A DNA stretch of 64,000 nt. It comes from Chthonomonadia bacterium. GTDB taxonomy: Bacteria > Armatimonadota > HRBIN16. Shown piece by piece: positions 46,957 through 55,849 of this stretch. The stretch covers positions 1,472-65,471 of the forward strand of contig JABUFA010000018.1 of the NCBI GenBank assembly GCA_013314755.1, written 5' to 3'. A program made the position numbers and the translations under genes. The notes beneath the pieces were generated by a model. That model was not told the origin of the DNA. It saw only the letters and a list, made by a program, of their open reading frames with translations, and did no database searches. Position 1 is the first letter of the stretch, and each line of letters starts with the position of its first letter.

Positions 46957-49812
46957 ATGCCACCACGTCGACGACGCTCCACGCCGGAAGGCGTGGAAAC
47001 GCCTGAGTCATTGTCCGAAACGGTAGAACCTCGGGAAGAGGCGCAGGAAGAACCTGTCGTTGAACCAGAACAGCAGGAGGCTCCGCCTGCGCCGGCGAAA
47101 CGTTCACGCCGCAGGTCCTCGCGCAAGAAAGCAACCGAAGCCGATGTAGCGCAGGCTACAACAGTAGAGCCTGCCATTGAAGAGACACCATCGCCCGAGC
47201 CTCAGCTGGTTGAGGCGGAGCCGCCCCCTGCGGAGCCTGAAAACCCTACTGAACTACCGGCAACCACCACTCGCCGCCGGCGAAGCACCGCGCGCCGACG
47301 AAAGAAGTCGCCTGAAGCGCCTGTTGAGACCGCTGAACCAGCCGCCGGCGAGATTGCACCTGCTGTCTTAGAAGAGGCTCCTGTCGTTGTGGAAGCGGTG
47401 GAGACTGTACCGGAGGCGGCGGAAGCGGAAGGTTCATCGGTGACCGCAACAGCCGAACCCGAAACCGTTGTTGAGGAGCAAGAGCCCTCGACAGAGACTG
47501 CCACAATTGAGACGATAGAGGTCGCGCCTCCTGCTCGTCGACGCCGGCGCACACGCCGCACAGCCCCCGCCGAAACAGAAGAAGTGGCGGTTGAGGAGGA
47601 AACGCCGGAACAGCGCAGGCGCAGGCGAGAGGGCGTACGACTGGGCATCCGGCAGGGACACCCGGAGATTATCATTAACGGCGAGCCGGTGGCGCCGCTC
47701 TTCTTCTTCGGCAATATCGACTCCGCCGCTTCGGAAAGAAGAGTGTGCGAGCAGATTCGCCAGGCGGCTTCCGCGGGCGTGCATCTGCATTCCCTCCTGC
47801 TGGAACTGCCCGTCTCCGTGCCGATGGTTACCTATAGCGTCAATGAGGCTCTGCGCCTCCTGCATCTGGTGCGTCAGCACGACCCGCAGGGCTACGTGAT
47901 GTTTCGCGTGGTGTTCACTCCGCCTCCCGACTGGCAGAAGCTGTACCCCGAAGCGATGACCACCTATGCAGACGGCTCTACCGGTGAACCCTCGTTTGCT
48001 TCCGACCGCTACTGGCAGGAAGCAGAAGCCGCCCTGACTCTGCTAGTGAGGCAGCTGGAGGTGACCGAGGAGGCGAACTACATTCTGGGCTACCACCTGG
48101 ACTGCCGCGAATGGTTCTATGAGTACCAGAGAGGATACGATTACAGCCCCGCCGCGCAGGAGGCTTTTCGGCAGTGGCTTCGCGGGCGTTACAAGAACGA
48201 TGTGGTTGCCCTGCGCGCGGCATGGCATGACGGCTCTGTGACCTTCACCAGCGCGAGTGTGCCCACCTATCGCGGCGATACCACGCCCGTCACCGTGCTG
48301 TACGAGTACCGCAAAGGGCAGAGGTACGTGGACTACCTGCGGTTTGCCTCCGAGATTATTGCCAGGCGTCTCATTACCCTGTCGCGCACCGTTAAAAAGA
48401 ACTGTGAGAACAGGCGTCTGGTGGCGGTGTCGTATGGATACGTTCTGGACTTTCCTGTGCCGCACAGTGGACACCTTGCGCTGGCGGAGGTGCTGTCGGC
48501 GCAGAGTATTGACCTGATATGCGCACCTGTGTCGTATCGCGACCGGCGCCCCACCCAGCCAGGCAGTGTGCCTGTGCCTGTGGGGTCGGTCAGACTGCAC
48601 GGCAAGCTGTTCGTGCTGGAAGATGACACCAAGCCGCACACGGCACAAACCGGTACACCAGACGACTACAACCCCCGCTGTGCCGATGCCGAATCCACCC
48701 GTCAGGTGCGTTTGCGTAACGCCATGACCGCGCTGGTGCATCACTCAGGCATCGCGTGGATGGACCTCTGGGGCGAAGGCTGGGTCGACGACAGAGAAAC
48801 GTGGCAGGATGCGCAGAAGCTGGCAGGGCTATACGCGGCGCACATCCGCCAGAGACTGCCCGAAAATCCCGACGTCGCCGTCATTGTGGACGAGCATAGC
48901 CTCACGCGCATTCAGTCGCCTCGTTCGCTTCTGGAACCTCTGGTCATCCAACAGCAGGAGATACTGGCGCGGGCGGGCATCCATTACGGCGTCTATCTGC
49001 AAAGCGACCTCGTTCGTAAGGCGTTTCCCGAAGCGAAGCTTTACCTCTTTCTCACCCCGATGCAGATAGATTCGGACGTGCGCGAGGCGATTCGTGAACG
49101 GCTCCAGCGCGACGGCAAAACGCTGGTGTGGCTGTATGCGGTCGCCCTGTACGACGAAAAGGGCTACACTCCCGATGGTCCGCGCGATGTGGCGGGCATC
49201 GCCATCAAAGCACAGCCGTGGAACAGCGAAACCGGCTCGACCATCAGCAACGACAGGCATCCCATCTCCGAACGCTTGCGCAACAAGCAGATAGGCGTGC
49301 GCGAACGTATCAACCCCTCGTTCTACGTTCTGGACGAAAAGGCGGTGGTTCTGGGCGAATATATCCAGACGGGACTGCCCTCCATCGCGGTGAAGGATAT
49401 GGGTACATGGCGTTCGGTGTTCATCGGAGAGCGTCAGCTGAGCGTGGAACTGCTTCGCGGACTGTGCCGCTATGCGGGAGTGCATGTGTGGTCGCAAAGC
49501 AGTGACGTGGTGCGCGTAGCGCCGCCGTTGCTCGCCGTGCACTCGGTGGGTGATGGGGTGGTATATTTGCAGTTTCCGCAGAGGAAGATGGTGTACGACC
49601 TCACGGAGGAACGTCTGCTCTCGGAAGATGCGAACAGCATACGCCTGAACATGCGCACGGGGCAGAACGGTCTGTACGCGGTGGGCACTGCCGAACAGTT
49701 GACCGCCCTGCATCTGCCCGTACCCGAGCGCACGGCAGAATCCCTACCCGATACCCCAGCTGGTACGAAGAAACGCCGTCGCCGGGGCGGTAAGAAGCAC
49801 CGAAAACGGTAG
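46957..49812 (+). CDS. GH42/beta-galactosidase-like clan-A glycoside hydrolase with long N-terminal disordered region
   Basis: PSFAS..YW, ILGYH...EWFY, DYSPAAQEAFRQWLR..Y, YGY, SGHLAL, EDDT, trimerisation-like C-terminal domain; first ~225 aa are Glu/Ala/Pro-rich with poly-Arg blocks. Confidence 0.75.
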   Translation: MPPRRRRSTPEGVETPESLSETVEPREEAQEEPVVEPEQQEAPPAPAKRSRRRSSRKKATEADVAQATTVEPAIEETPSPEPQLVEAEPPPAEPENPTELPATTTRRRRSTARRRKKSPEAPVETAEPAAGEIAPAVLEEAPVVVEAVETVPEAAEAEGSSVTATAEPETVVEEQEPSTETATIETIEVAPPARRRRRTRRTAPAETEEVAVEEETPEQRRRRREGVRLGIRQGHPEIIINGEPVAPLFFFGNIDSAASERRVCEQIRQAASAGVHLHSLLLELPVSVPMVTYSVNEALRLLHLVRQHDPQGYVMFRVVFTPPPDWQKLYPEAMTTYADGSTGEPSFASDRYWQEAEAALTLLVRQLEVTEEANYILGYHLDCREWFYEYQRGYDYSPAAQEAFRQWLRGRYKNDVVALRAAWHDGSVTFTSASVPTYRGDTTPVTVLYEYRKGQRYVDYLRFASEIIARRLITLSRTVKKNCENRRLVAVSYGYVLDFPVPHSGHLALAEVLSAQSIDLICAPVSYRDRRPTQPGSVPVPVGSVRLHGKLFVLEDDTKPHTAQTGTPDDYNPRCADAESTRQVRLRNAMTALVHHSGIAWMDLWGEGWVDDRETWQDAQKLAGLYAAHIRQRLPENPDVAVIVDEHSLTRIQSPRSLLEPLVIQQQEILARAGIHYGVYLQSDLVRKAFPEAKLYLFLTPMQIDSDVREAIRERLQRDGKTLVWLYAVALYDEKGYTPDGPRDVAGIAIKAQPWNSETGSTISNDRHPISERLRNKQIGVRERINPSFYVLDEKAVVLGEYIQTGLPSIAVKDMGTWRSVFIGERQLSVELLRGLCRYAGVHVWSQSSDVVRVAPPLLAVHSVGDGVVYLQFPQRKMVYDLTEERLLSEDANSIRLNMRTGQNGLYAVGTAEQLTALHLPVPERTAESLPDTPAGTKKRRRRGGKKHRKR

Positions 49813-49822
49813 GAATAGACGA

Positions 49823-49849
49823 ACGGCGGGGGAGGTTCCCCCGCCACCG
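49823..49849 (+). terminator. Hairpin after the GH42-like gene
   Basis: GGCGGGGGA-GGT-TCCCCCGCC stem. Confidence 0.55.
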
Positions 49850-49944
49850 CTTAATGCAACTTCATGGGCAATCTTCAGTGCCCCGCTGAACAAGATCTGG
49901 GATTGGGAACTCCCTTATTCTCTCAGAGCATCGCTCCTGTGAGA

Positions 49945-50045
49945 CCCTAACTGCCCAGATCAGCGGCGTGTCAAACGGCGAACCGTCCACCCAGGACAGT
50001 CGCCGGGATAGGCGACGGTGGCCCCGATGCAACCAGTAGTTAGCA
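49945..50045 (-). mobile_element. Integron attC-like recombination site
   Basis: Minus strand: TGCTAAC-TACTG-GTTGCATCGG...GTCGCC/GGCGAC hairpin...CCGCTGATC-TGGGCA-GTTAGGG; R'', L'', L' and R' boxes with typical spacing, 17 bp after the stop codon of the methyltransferase. Confidence 0.65.
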
Positions 50046-50062
50046 TACAGAATCGCTGATCG

Positions 50063-50851
50063 TTACGGACGTTCGCCCGCCACCCAGAGAAAGACGTTTT
50101 CGTAACGAACACTTCCATCTGCACGCATGTGGGCTCGGTCGGCATTTGCGTAGACAGCACGCACGGCGTCTTCCCCGCTGTGCGCGATGGCTTCCTGGTT
50201 AATGCCGGCGCTGGCATTGCCTCGCCAGGATGCCTCAGTGCTGGGGAAGACAAAGGGACAGGCAACCTCGCCTTCCTCGACAACGCGCAAACCCGCGCCC
50301 TTTAGGAATGCCGCCAATGCTCCAGGCTTGGACAAGGTACCCGGAGGTGGTGCGCCAGGCGGCGGGGGCGGCATCAACGGCGCGAGCGCCGGCATCACGG
50401 CAGTTAGAAACTCGCACCGTTCCGGCGGTCCCCAGACGGTCACGACGACCCGCCCGCCGGGCCGCACGACGCGTATGAGTTCCCGCGCGGCAGCAGTCAT
50501 GTCTTCGGCATAGAAGATGCTGTTCACCGCCGTGACCGCGTCGAAGCTGGCGTCGGCGAAGGGTAGGTCCTCCAGATCGCCTTCTCGCACGTCGGCTTCA
50601 GGCACACGTTGCCGGGCGATTGCCACCATCCCTGGCGAGGCGTCGAGGGCGGCTACCTGCGCACCGCGGAGGCTCGCCAGCAGCGCGAGGAGCCCTGCGC
50701 CACACCCGACATCAAGCAAGCGTGTGCCGGAGGTCACACGGGCGGCATCAAGTGCCGCACCGAAAAGCGGTAAGCCTACCTGCTCCACGTAGGTGGCCCA
50801 GTCCTGAGCACGAGCCCCCCAGAGCTGACCCTGCATGTTTGCACTGCCCAT
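50063..50851 (-). CDS. Class I SAM-dependent methyltransferase (possible gene cassette)
   Basis: LLDVGCGAG, ALDAS, GDLEDLPFADASFDAV, RVVRPGG; AGGAGG RBS. Confidence 0.9.
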   Translation of the reverse strand: MGSANMQGQLWGARAQDWATYVEQVGLPLFGAALDAARVTSGTRLLDVGCGAGLLALLASLRGAQVAALDASPGMVAIARQRVPEADVREGDLEDLPFADASFDAVTAVNSIFYAEDMTAAARELIRVVRPGGRVVVTVWGPPERCEFLTAVMPALAPLMPPPPPGAPPPGTLSKPGALAAFLKGAGLRVVEEGEVACPFVFPSTEASWRGNASAGINQEAIAHSGEDAVRAVYANADRAHMRADGSVRYENVFLWVAGERP

Positions 50852-50889
50852 CGGTATTCCTCCTGTATTCCGAGTGTTTAGTATAGCAA

Positions 50890-50918
50890 ATTATATTCGT
50901 TTTCCCAGCGAATAGCAA
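50890..50918 (-). promoter_or_regulatory. Sigma70-type promoter of the methyltransferase
   Basis: TTGCTA-17 bp-TATAAT. Confidence 0.6.
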
Positions 50919-51193
50919 GAGGAACGTGTGGGGGGAGGTCGGGAAAGGGGTGGAAAGGTCGTTTTCCACGTTGGAAAGTTACCTTCCCCGACCGTAATTT
51001 TAGTTCAGCGTTGCTTTGAACCCCGCAGGAACACGGACGCAATCCACCAGAGACCGCAGGTCGGCTATGGCTCTGCAGGAAGCGTCCCGTGCTCAATATC
51101 CTTTTTGTTAGCGCCCAGATTTAAGGGCATTTCAGCTGGTCGGGTTTCATGATTGATCCGAAGCCCAGCGTCCCCTGCAGCAACTGCCTTCGT

Positions 51194-51928
51194 TTATGGG
51201 GTTGGGTCAGGATAGCGACCGTTCCACCAGCGGTTATCCACGTTCAGCTCGTCCGTCCGCATCCATTTGGCATGTCCGTCTACGAACGCCACATTGGCGC
51301 CACCACTGTGACGTTCAGCAGGCGGTACGCGTATGCCAGGCGTGCCACCAGTGGAGTAACGATTCGGACCAGGACCATACTTGCACGGAGGCAATTGTGG
51401 AGGGTCAATGGCGTAGCCGTGATTGCCCAGACAGATCAGGTTGATGTAGTCGGGGTCGGTGGGTTCATCGTTATCGCATGGTCGTGTGCCTGAACCCTGG
51501 CTGTCTGCAATTGCCAGAGTATTCGCGGGCATCTGAATCGCGCTCTCGGTGACGGGCACGTTCCAGCAGTTACTGCGCGTATTGCCGAGGTACTGGTAGT
51601 TGTAGCCGTACGCCATATTTCGTCCGTAGCGCAGCTGGGGCACGGTTGGACACAGGAAGAGCTCGCGGCTTTTGACGTAGGGCTCAATCTGGTTCCACCA
51701 GCGGCTTTCCTGACCGCCTTCGCTCTTGGAGTACAGGGGAAAGGCTTCGTAATCCTGCCCATACATGGCGACAGCAATCGCCATCTGACGCACGTTGGAA
51801 AGACAGGCTGCCTGCCGGGCTTTTTCCCGCGCCTGAGCAAAGACGGGGAAGAGTATCGCTGCCAGTATCGCGATTATCGCGATGACTACGAGCAGCTCTA
51901 TCAGGGTGAATGCGTGTCGTACGCGCAT
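51194..51928 (-). CDS. Prepilin-type N-terminal cleavage/methylation protein with DUF1559 and H-X9-DG motif
   Basis: [41 protein letters not shown]-terminal [27 protein letters not shown]. Confidence 0.93.
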   Translation of the reverse strand: MRVRHAFTLIELLVVIAIIAILAAILFPVFAQAREKARQAACLSNVRQMAIAVAMYGQDYEAFPLYSKSEGGQESRWWNQIEPYVKSRELFLCPTVPQLRYGRNMAYGYNYQYLGNTRSNCWNVPVTESAIQMPANTLAIADSQGSGTRPCDNDEPTDPDYINLICLGNHGYAIDPPQLPPCKYGPGPNRYSTGGTPGIRVPPAERHSGGANVAFVDGHAKWMRTDELNVDNRWWNGRYPDPTP

Positions 51929-52122
51929 CGCTTTCCTCCTTTTCAGGTTCGTTTGCAATGATATTATATCCAATACAAAATATTTTTTCAAGACTAAAAA
52001 TAAAAAATTTTGGTAATATTTAAAATTAATAATGAATCTTATTATCGCTAAATAACGTGATGGGGAGCGGAGGGGACGATAGAGCTCGTAATAGGTCAAT
52101 GTTGCCAGTGAGGGAAGGGAAT

Positions 52123-52148
52123 ACCGCCGCGCTGCTGGCGCGGCGGCA
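52123..52148 (-). terminator. Hairpin after the GH10 gene
   Basis: CCGCCGCGC-TGCTG-GCGCGGCGG stem. Confidence 0.55.
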
Positions 52149-52162
52149 GATTACATTCCCGG

Positions 52163-53371
52163 CTAACCGAGGCGTATTACCCACTCATTCTTGCCGCGCT
52201 TGAGGGAGAAGGTCTGCGTGCGCTTGCCGGTGGTCGCGGAGGCTACCACGCGATAGTCGCCCATGAAGCCTCGCAGTCTTGCCTCCCCGCGCGCGTTGGT
52301 GCGAACTACCTCTTTTGTCCACCATTTGCCCTTGATCAGGCGCATCAGGCGATGATAGACGGGTTTCGGGCTGAGGTCCTCGCGTACCAGCCCTGCCGGT
52401 GCGCCCTGCCATGCCCCATCCATAAAATCCCACCAGGTGATCGCTTCCACGGCTGGGTGTGAGAAGAGGATAGTGTAGAACTTCTCCACGTAATCTGCCT
52501 GTCGCGCCTCGCCGTCCGGGGTAGTGGGCCAGGGACGTGGACGCATGTACCCGTGCTCACCCGACAGCACCGTGGTTTCGGTGAAGTGCAGCGGTTTGCC
52601 GAAACGGGCGTAGGTTTCGCACACCTGCCAGGCTCGCTCCAGCGGCCACTCGCCCCCGTGCATGTGCGACTGAATGCCGATAGCATCCATCGGCGCTTTA
52701 CGGCGAATCAGCTCCTCGACCAGTCGTTCGAAGGCAGGACTGATGTTAAAGTCATTGTACAGCAGGATGGCTTTAGGATTCGCTTCTCGCGCCCAGGACA
52801 GACACTCTGCCACCACCGCGGCTGCGCCGTCGCGTTTCACCCAGTTGCCAACGCCGTTGTCAAAGCGTTCGGATACGGTGGCTTCGTTCACCACGTCCCA
52901 GCGGTCTATCAGCCCGGCAAATTGTGAGACAATCTCTCGTACCCGCTCCCGCAGGAGGGGTATAGCCTCATCCGGCGAGTTGGGCGCCCAGCGAGGATAG
53001 ACCTCATGCCACACGAGGGGATGTCCCTTCGTCACGATGCCGCGTTCCTTGCACCAGCGGGCGATACGTTCCTGCAGGTCACGTCCCTTTCGTCCACGCT
53101 CCGGCTCGTAGCCGCCCCAGTAGAACCCCAGCGTGGCATAGTTCAACAACGCCGAGAACTGCTTACTGTACTTCTCGTGCTGCTCACCCTGGTAGCTGAA
53201 AAGCGGAAAGATGTTGCAGCCGAAAAGGAAAGCATGGCGGGTCTGCTCGACCTCTACCTGTGCTCCGGCAAGGGGTTTGCCTTGCCTGTCCACGACCTTT
53301 ACGGTAACGTCCGCTTTACGGTGCTTTTCGATGCGACCGTCAGCGGTAGCCAGCAACTCCTGTGCGTTCAT
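52163..53371 (-). CDS. GH10 endo-1,4-beta-xylanase-like protein (no signal peptide)
   Basis: KGHPLVWH, WDVVNE, LYNDFN, IGIQSH, HFTE, ITWWDF. Confidence 0.9.
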   Translation of the reverse strand: MNAQELLATADGRIEKHRKADVTVKVVDRQGKPLAGAQVEVEQTRHAFLFGCNIFPLFSYQGEQHEKYSKQFSALLNYATLGFYWGGYEPERGRKGRDLQERIARWCKERGIVTKGHPLVWHEVYPRWAPNSPDEAIPLLRERVREIVSQFAGLIDRWDVVNEATVSERFDNGVGNWVKRDGAAAVVAECLSWAREANPKAILLYNDFNISPAFERLVEELIRRKAPMDAIGIQSHMHGGEWPLERAWQVCETYARFGKPLHFTETTVLSGEHGYMRPRPWPTTPDGEARQADYVEKFYTILFSHPAVEAITWWDFMDGAWQGAPAGLVREDLSPKPVYHRLMRLIKGKWWTKEVVRTNARGEARLRGFMGDYRVVASATTGKRTQTFSLKRGKNEWVIRLG

Positions 53372-53480
53372 TGGACGACCTCCTGATGCGGACATGCTCG
53401 CTTTTACTTTAATTCTTTCCGTTTCCCGTGTGTTCCTGTGAACTCAGCCACAGATTCGTTATCCAGAGCGATAGAAAGGA

Positions 53481-53509
53481 TTGACAGCCTGCGCCAGAAG
53501 CAGTATAAA
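53481..53509 (+). promoter_or_regulatory. Sigma70 promoter of the four-gene envelope operon
   Basis: TTGACA-17 bp-TATAAA. It implies the real start lies downstream of ATG 53509 (GTG 53539 after GGGAGG). Confidence 0.7.
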
Positions 53510-53538
53510 TGGAGTGTATCCCGGGAAGGGAGGTGAAG

Positions 53539-54525
53539 GTGTTGGTTCGCAAACAACTTATTTTGTTTATCATACTCCTCGCCGTCCCCAACGCCGTCGC
53601 GTTCGGCAACCAGCAACCCATGCCTGTGCTGGCGGTCTCAGACTTCTCCGGAGACAGTCCCGCGCTGTGCCAGGCGGTGACCGAGACTGTCCTGACCGAC
53701 CTTGCCAAGTCGCGCAAGCTGACGCTGGTAGAACGAGCACAGCTGCGCCAGGCAATGAACGAACTGCGTCTGCAGAGGTCGGGACTGACCGAAGCTGGCG
53801 ACATGGCTCACGCGGGCAGGCTGGTCGGCGCCACGCATGTGGTGGTGGGAAGTGTCCTCGTTAACGAGGGGAGAGTGATCCTGAACGCTCGCGTGCTCGA
53901 TGTGCACACCGGCACCCTGTACGCGGGCGCGGCGGAGAACACCGAGGGCTGGAGCGACGAACTGTTCGCACTTGCACACGACCTGGCGAACCGCCTGCAT
54001 CATCGGCTGACAGGGGAAACTCTGCCCGGCTTTACGGAGCCAGCCCCCGCCTCATCCGATGCAAAGGTTGTTCCGACGGTGGCTGCTCCAGTGCCCACGC
54101 CTGACTGGGAAAACCTGCCGGAGAGCCCCGCCATTGCTCACGCACTGGGCAGGGGCTGGATGCGTCTGTTTGCCGATGGTTCGTTCCGCCCGCATGAGCT
54201 GGTCAGCGAACGTTACTTCTATGAGACCCTGCGCCGCCTTGCCCGTCGCTACGAGCTGGACGACTCGCGCTGTTTCCCCAAAGGCGACGGTTCCGCGACG
54301 CTTACTCGAATCTCCGCAGTGCGCGCAGTGGCTTCGCTGATTTCAGGGGAACCCTCCTATTTTCTGGAGGTGCCGGCGTGGGCGGTACCGTGGTTGGGGG
54401 ACAGCCCACACAAGCCTCTTAACCGCAGGCAGTTTGCCGCGCTATTACAGCTGGCGGAAGAACAGCTCCAGCGCAGGATAACATCCGCAGGTTCAGCACC
54501 GTCTGTAACTGCGGTGGAGCGTTAA
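53539..54525 (+). CDS. CsgG/FlgO/TolB-N-like domain plus SLH-like domains
   Basis: LAVSDF, LVERAQL.QA..EL.LQ.SGL, GRLVGA.HVVVGS, NARVLDV.TG; GWM....DGSFRP and PLNRRQFAALL (SLH-like). Confidence 0.75.
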   Translation: MLVRKQLILFIILLAVPNAVAFGNQQPMPVLAVSDFSGDSPALCQAVTETVLTDLAKSRKLTLVERAQLRQAMNELRLQRSGLTEAGDMAHAGRLVGATHVVVGSVLVNEGRVILNARVLDVHTGTLYAGAAENTEGWSDELFALAHDLANRLHHRLTGETLPGFTEPAPASSDAKVVPTVAAPVPTPDWENLPESPAIAHALGRGWMRLFADGSFRPHELVSERYFYETLRRLARRYELDDSRCFPKGDGSATLTRISAVRAVASLISGEPSYFLEVPAWAVPWLGDSPHKPLNRRQFAALLQLAEEQLQRRITSAGSAPSVTAVER

Positions 54526-54549
54526 GGCATAGAGAAAGGGAGATGCCCG

Positions 54550-55848
54550 ATGTTGAGAAAGTTCTTGCTTACCGTCTTGCTCGGCGCACAGATGGCATGT
54601 GCGTCGGCACAGATGATCGCCGTCAGCGATTTCGCTGGTAAACCACCGGAAATTGGGCAGGAGATTGCCGAAACGCTGATTACCGACCTCGCTAAGTCCG
54701 AAAGGCTTAACCTGGTGGAACGGGCGCAGCTTTGGCAGGCGTTACGCGAACTGCGCCTGCAAACGACCGGATTAACCGAGCCAGCGCAGGCAAAGCGAGT
54801 CGGCAAACTGATTGGCGCCGAGGCACTCGTTGTCGGCAGCTTCTACTTGCGCGACGGGCAGATAGTCATCAATGCGCGTGTCGTGGATGTGCGCACCGGT
54901 CAGGTGATGAAGGGAAAGGCTGAGAACGTACAGGGGAAACTGACCGAACTGTACTCTCTGCTCGGTACTCTGGCGAACCGGCTTCACCTGCGACTGACGG
55001 GAGTCCAGCTGGCTTCAGCAGAACCGAGTAACCCGCCTGCCGAGTCCGAACCGATAGAGATTCTTGACGCCGACGGTGATGAGGACATCATCTATGTGGT
55101 TCAGCAGGGGTGGATGCGCTGCACGCCAGAAGGCTATTTCTACCCCGACAAGCCTGTCACGGCGGGTGACTTTTACCGGGTGCTGCTTCGGTTCGCCTCA
55201 GCTCGGAAATGGGAGGGGAAGATGGAGTTTGACAACTCCCGCCCGGGCGACCTGATGAACACCCTGCGTCCGGTTGTGACCCTGACGCGGCTGGCATTGC
55301 CTCCCGAGCGGTTCAGCGAACAGCCTCCCGTTGAGGGTGCACTTGCGCTTATACCAGGGTGGGCACGTCCGTATGTCTATGAAGCCCTGCAACAGGGCTA
55401 CATTCGCGACATCTCTGAAGCCTCGCCCCATCAGGTGTTGACGCGCAGACAGCTCGCCAAACTGTTGACACGAATGGTACCGCTTCCTCCTACCTTCAAA
55501 CTGCCAGCCGACAAGTGGACAGGTCTGGTTGTGGACACCACGGGGCTGGGAATGCGTTCCAGTATGTGCCCACGCATCGTGGATGAGAAGAACCGGTTGG
55601 TTTACCTGGAACCGAAATACGCACCACCCTGGGATTATGCTCAGCAATACGGTATCGCTGATTTCGTCAAGAGGGAAGACCAGACGAAGCGTGCAGGCGA
55701 CAAACCCGTATACGTCAAGGCGTTACGGGTCAAAGGCCCAGCCAAAGACGAGGTGGTAATCAGCGTGGAGGACGCCGAGCGCGTTCTGGATGCAGCGAAA
55801 GAAAGCAGATTCTTGAGGCTATGGCGAGTGGTCTTTCTGGTGGACTGA
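54550..55848 (+). CDS. CsgG/FlgO-like domain plus SLH-like domains plus LPP20-associated C-terminal domain
   Basis: N-terminus paralogous to the previous gene; IPGWARPYV..A...G and LTRRQLAKLL; C-terminal TGLVVDTTGLG...PRIVD...RAGDKP...RVVFLVD. Confidence 0.75.
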   Translation: MLRKFLLTVLLGAQMACASAQMIAVSDFAGKPPEIGQEIAETLITDLAKSERLNLVERAQLWQALRELRLQTTGLTEPAQAKRVGKLIGAEALVVGSFYLRDGQIVINARVVDVRTGQVMKGKAENVQGKLTELYSLLGTLANRLHLRLTGVQLASAEPSNPPAESEPIEILDADGDEDIIYVVQQGWMRCTPEGYFYPDKPVTAGDFYRVLLRFASARKWEGKMEFDNSRPGDLMNTLRPVVTLTRLALPPERFSEQPPVEGALALIPGWARPYVYEALQQGYIRDISEASPHQVLTRRQLAKLLTRMVPLPPTFKLPADKWTGLVVDTTGLGMRSSMCPRIVDEKNRLVYLEPKYAPPWDYAQQYGIADFVKREDQTKRAGDKPVYVKALRVKGPAKDEVVISVEDAERVLDAAKESRFLRLWRVVFLVD

Positions 55849-55849
55849 A

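Noticed and set aside
50860..51190. SAM or cobalamin riboswitch upstream of the methyltransferase
   Set aside because: No recognisable conserved riboswitch core; the hairpins lie upstream of the predicted promoter and fit an attC-like or operator explanation better.
51929..52099. N-terminal extension of ORF 51194..52099
   Set aside because: It translates the AT-rich promoter tract; the RBS and prepilin motif fix the start at 51928.
53539..55848. Curli secretion system
   Set aside because: Only a CsgG-like domain is present; no CsgA/B repeat proteins or CsgE/F are seen.
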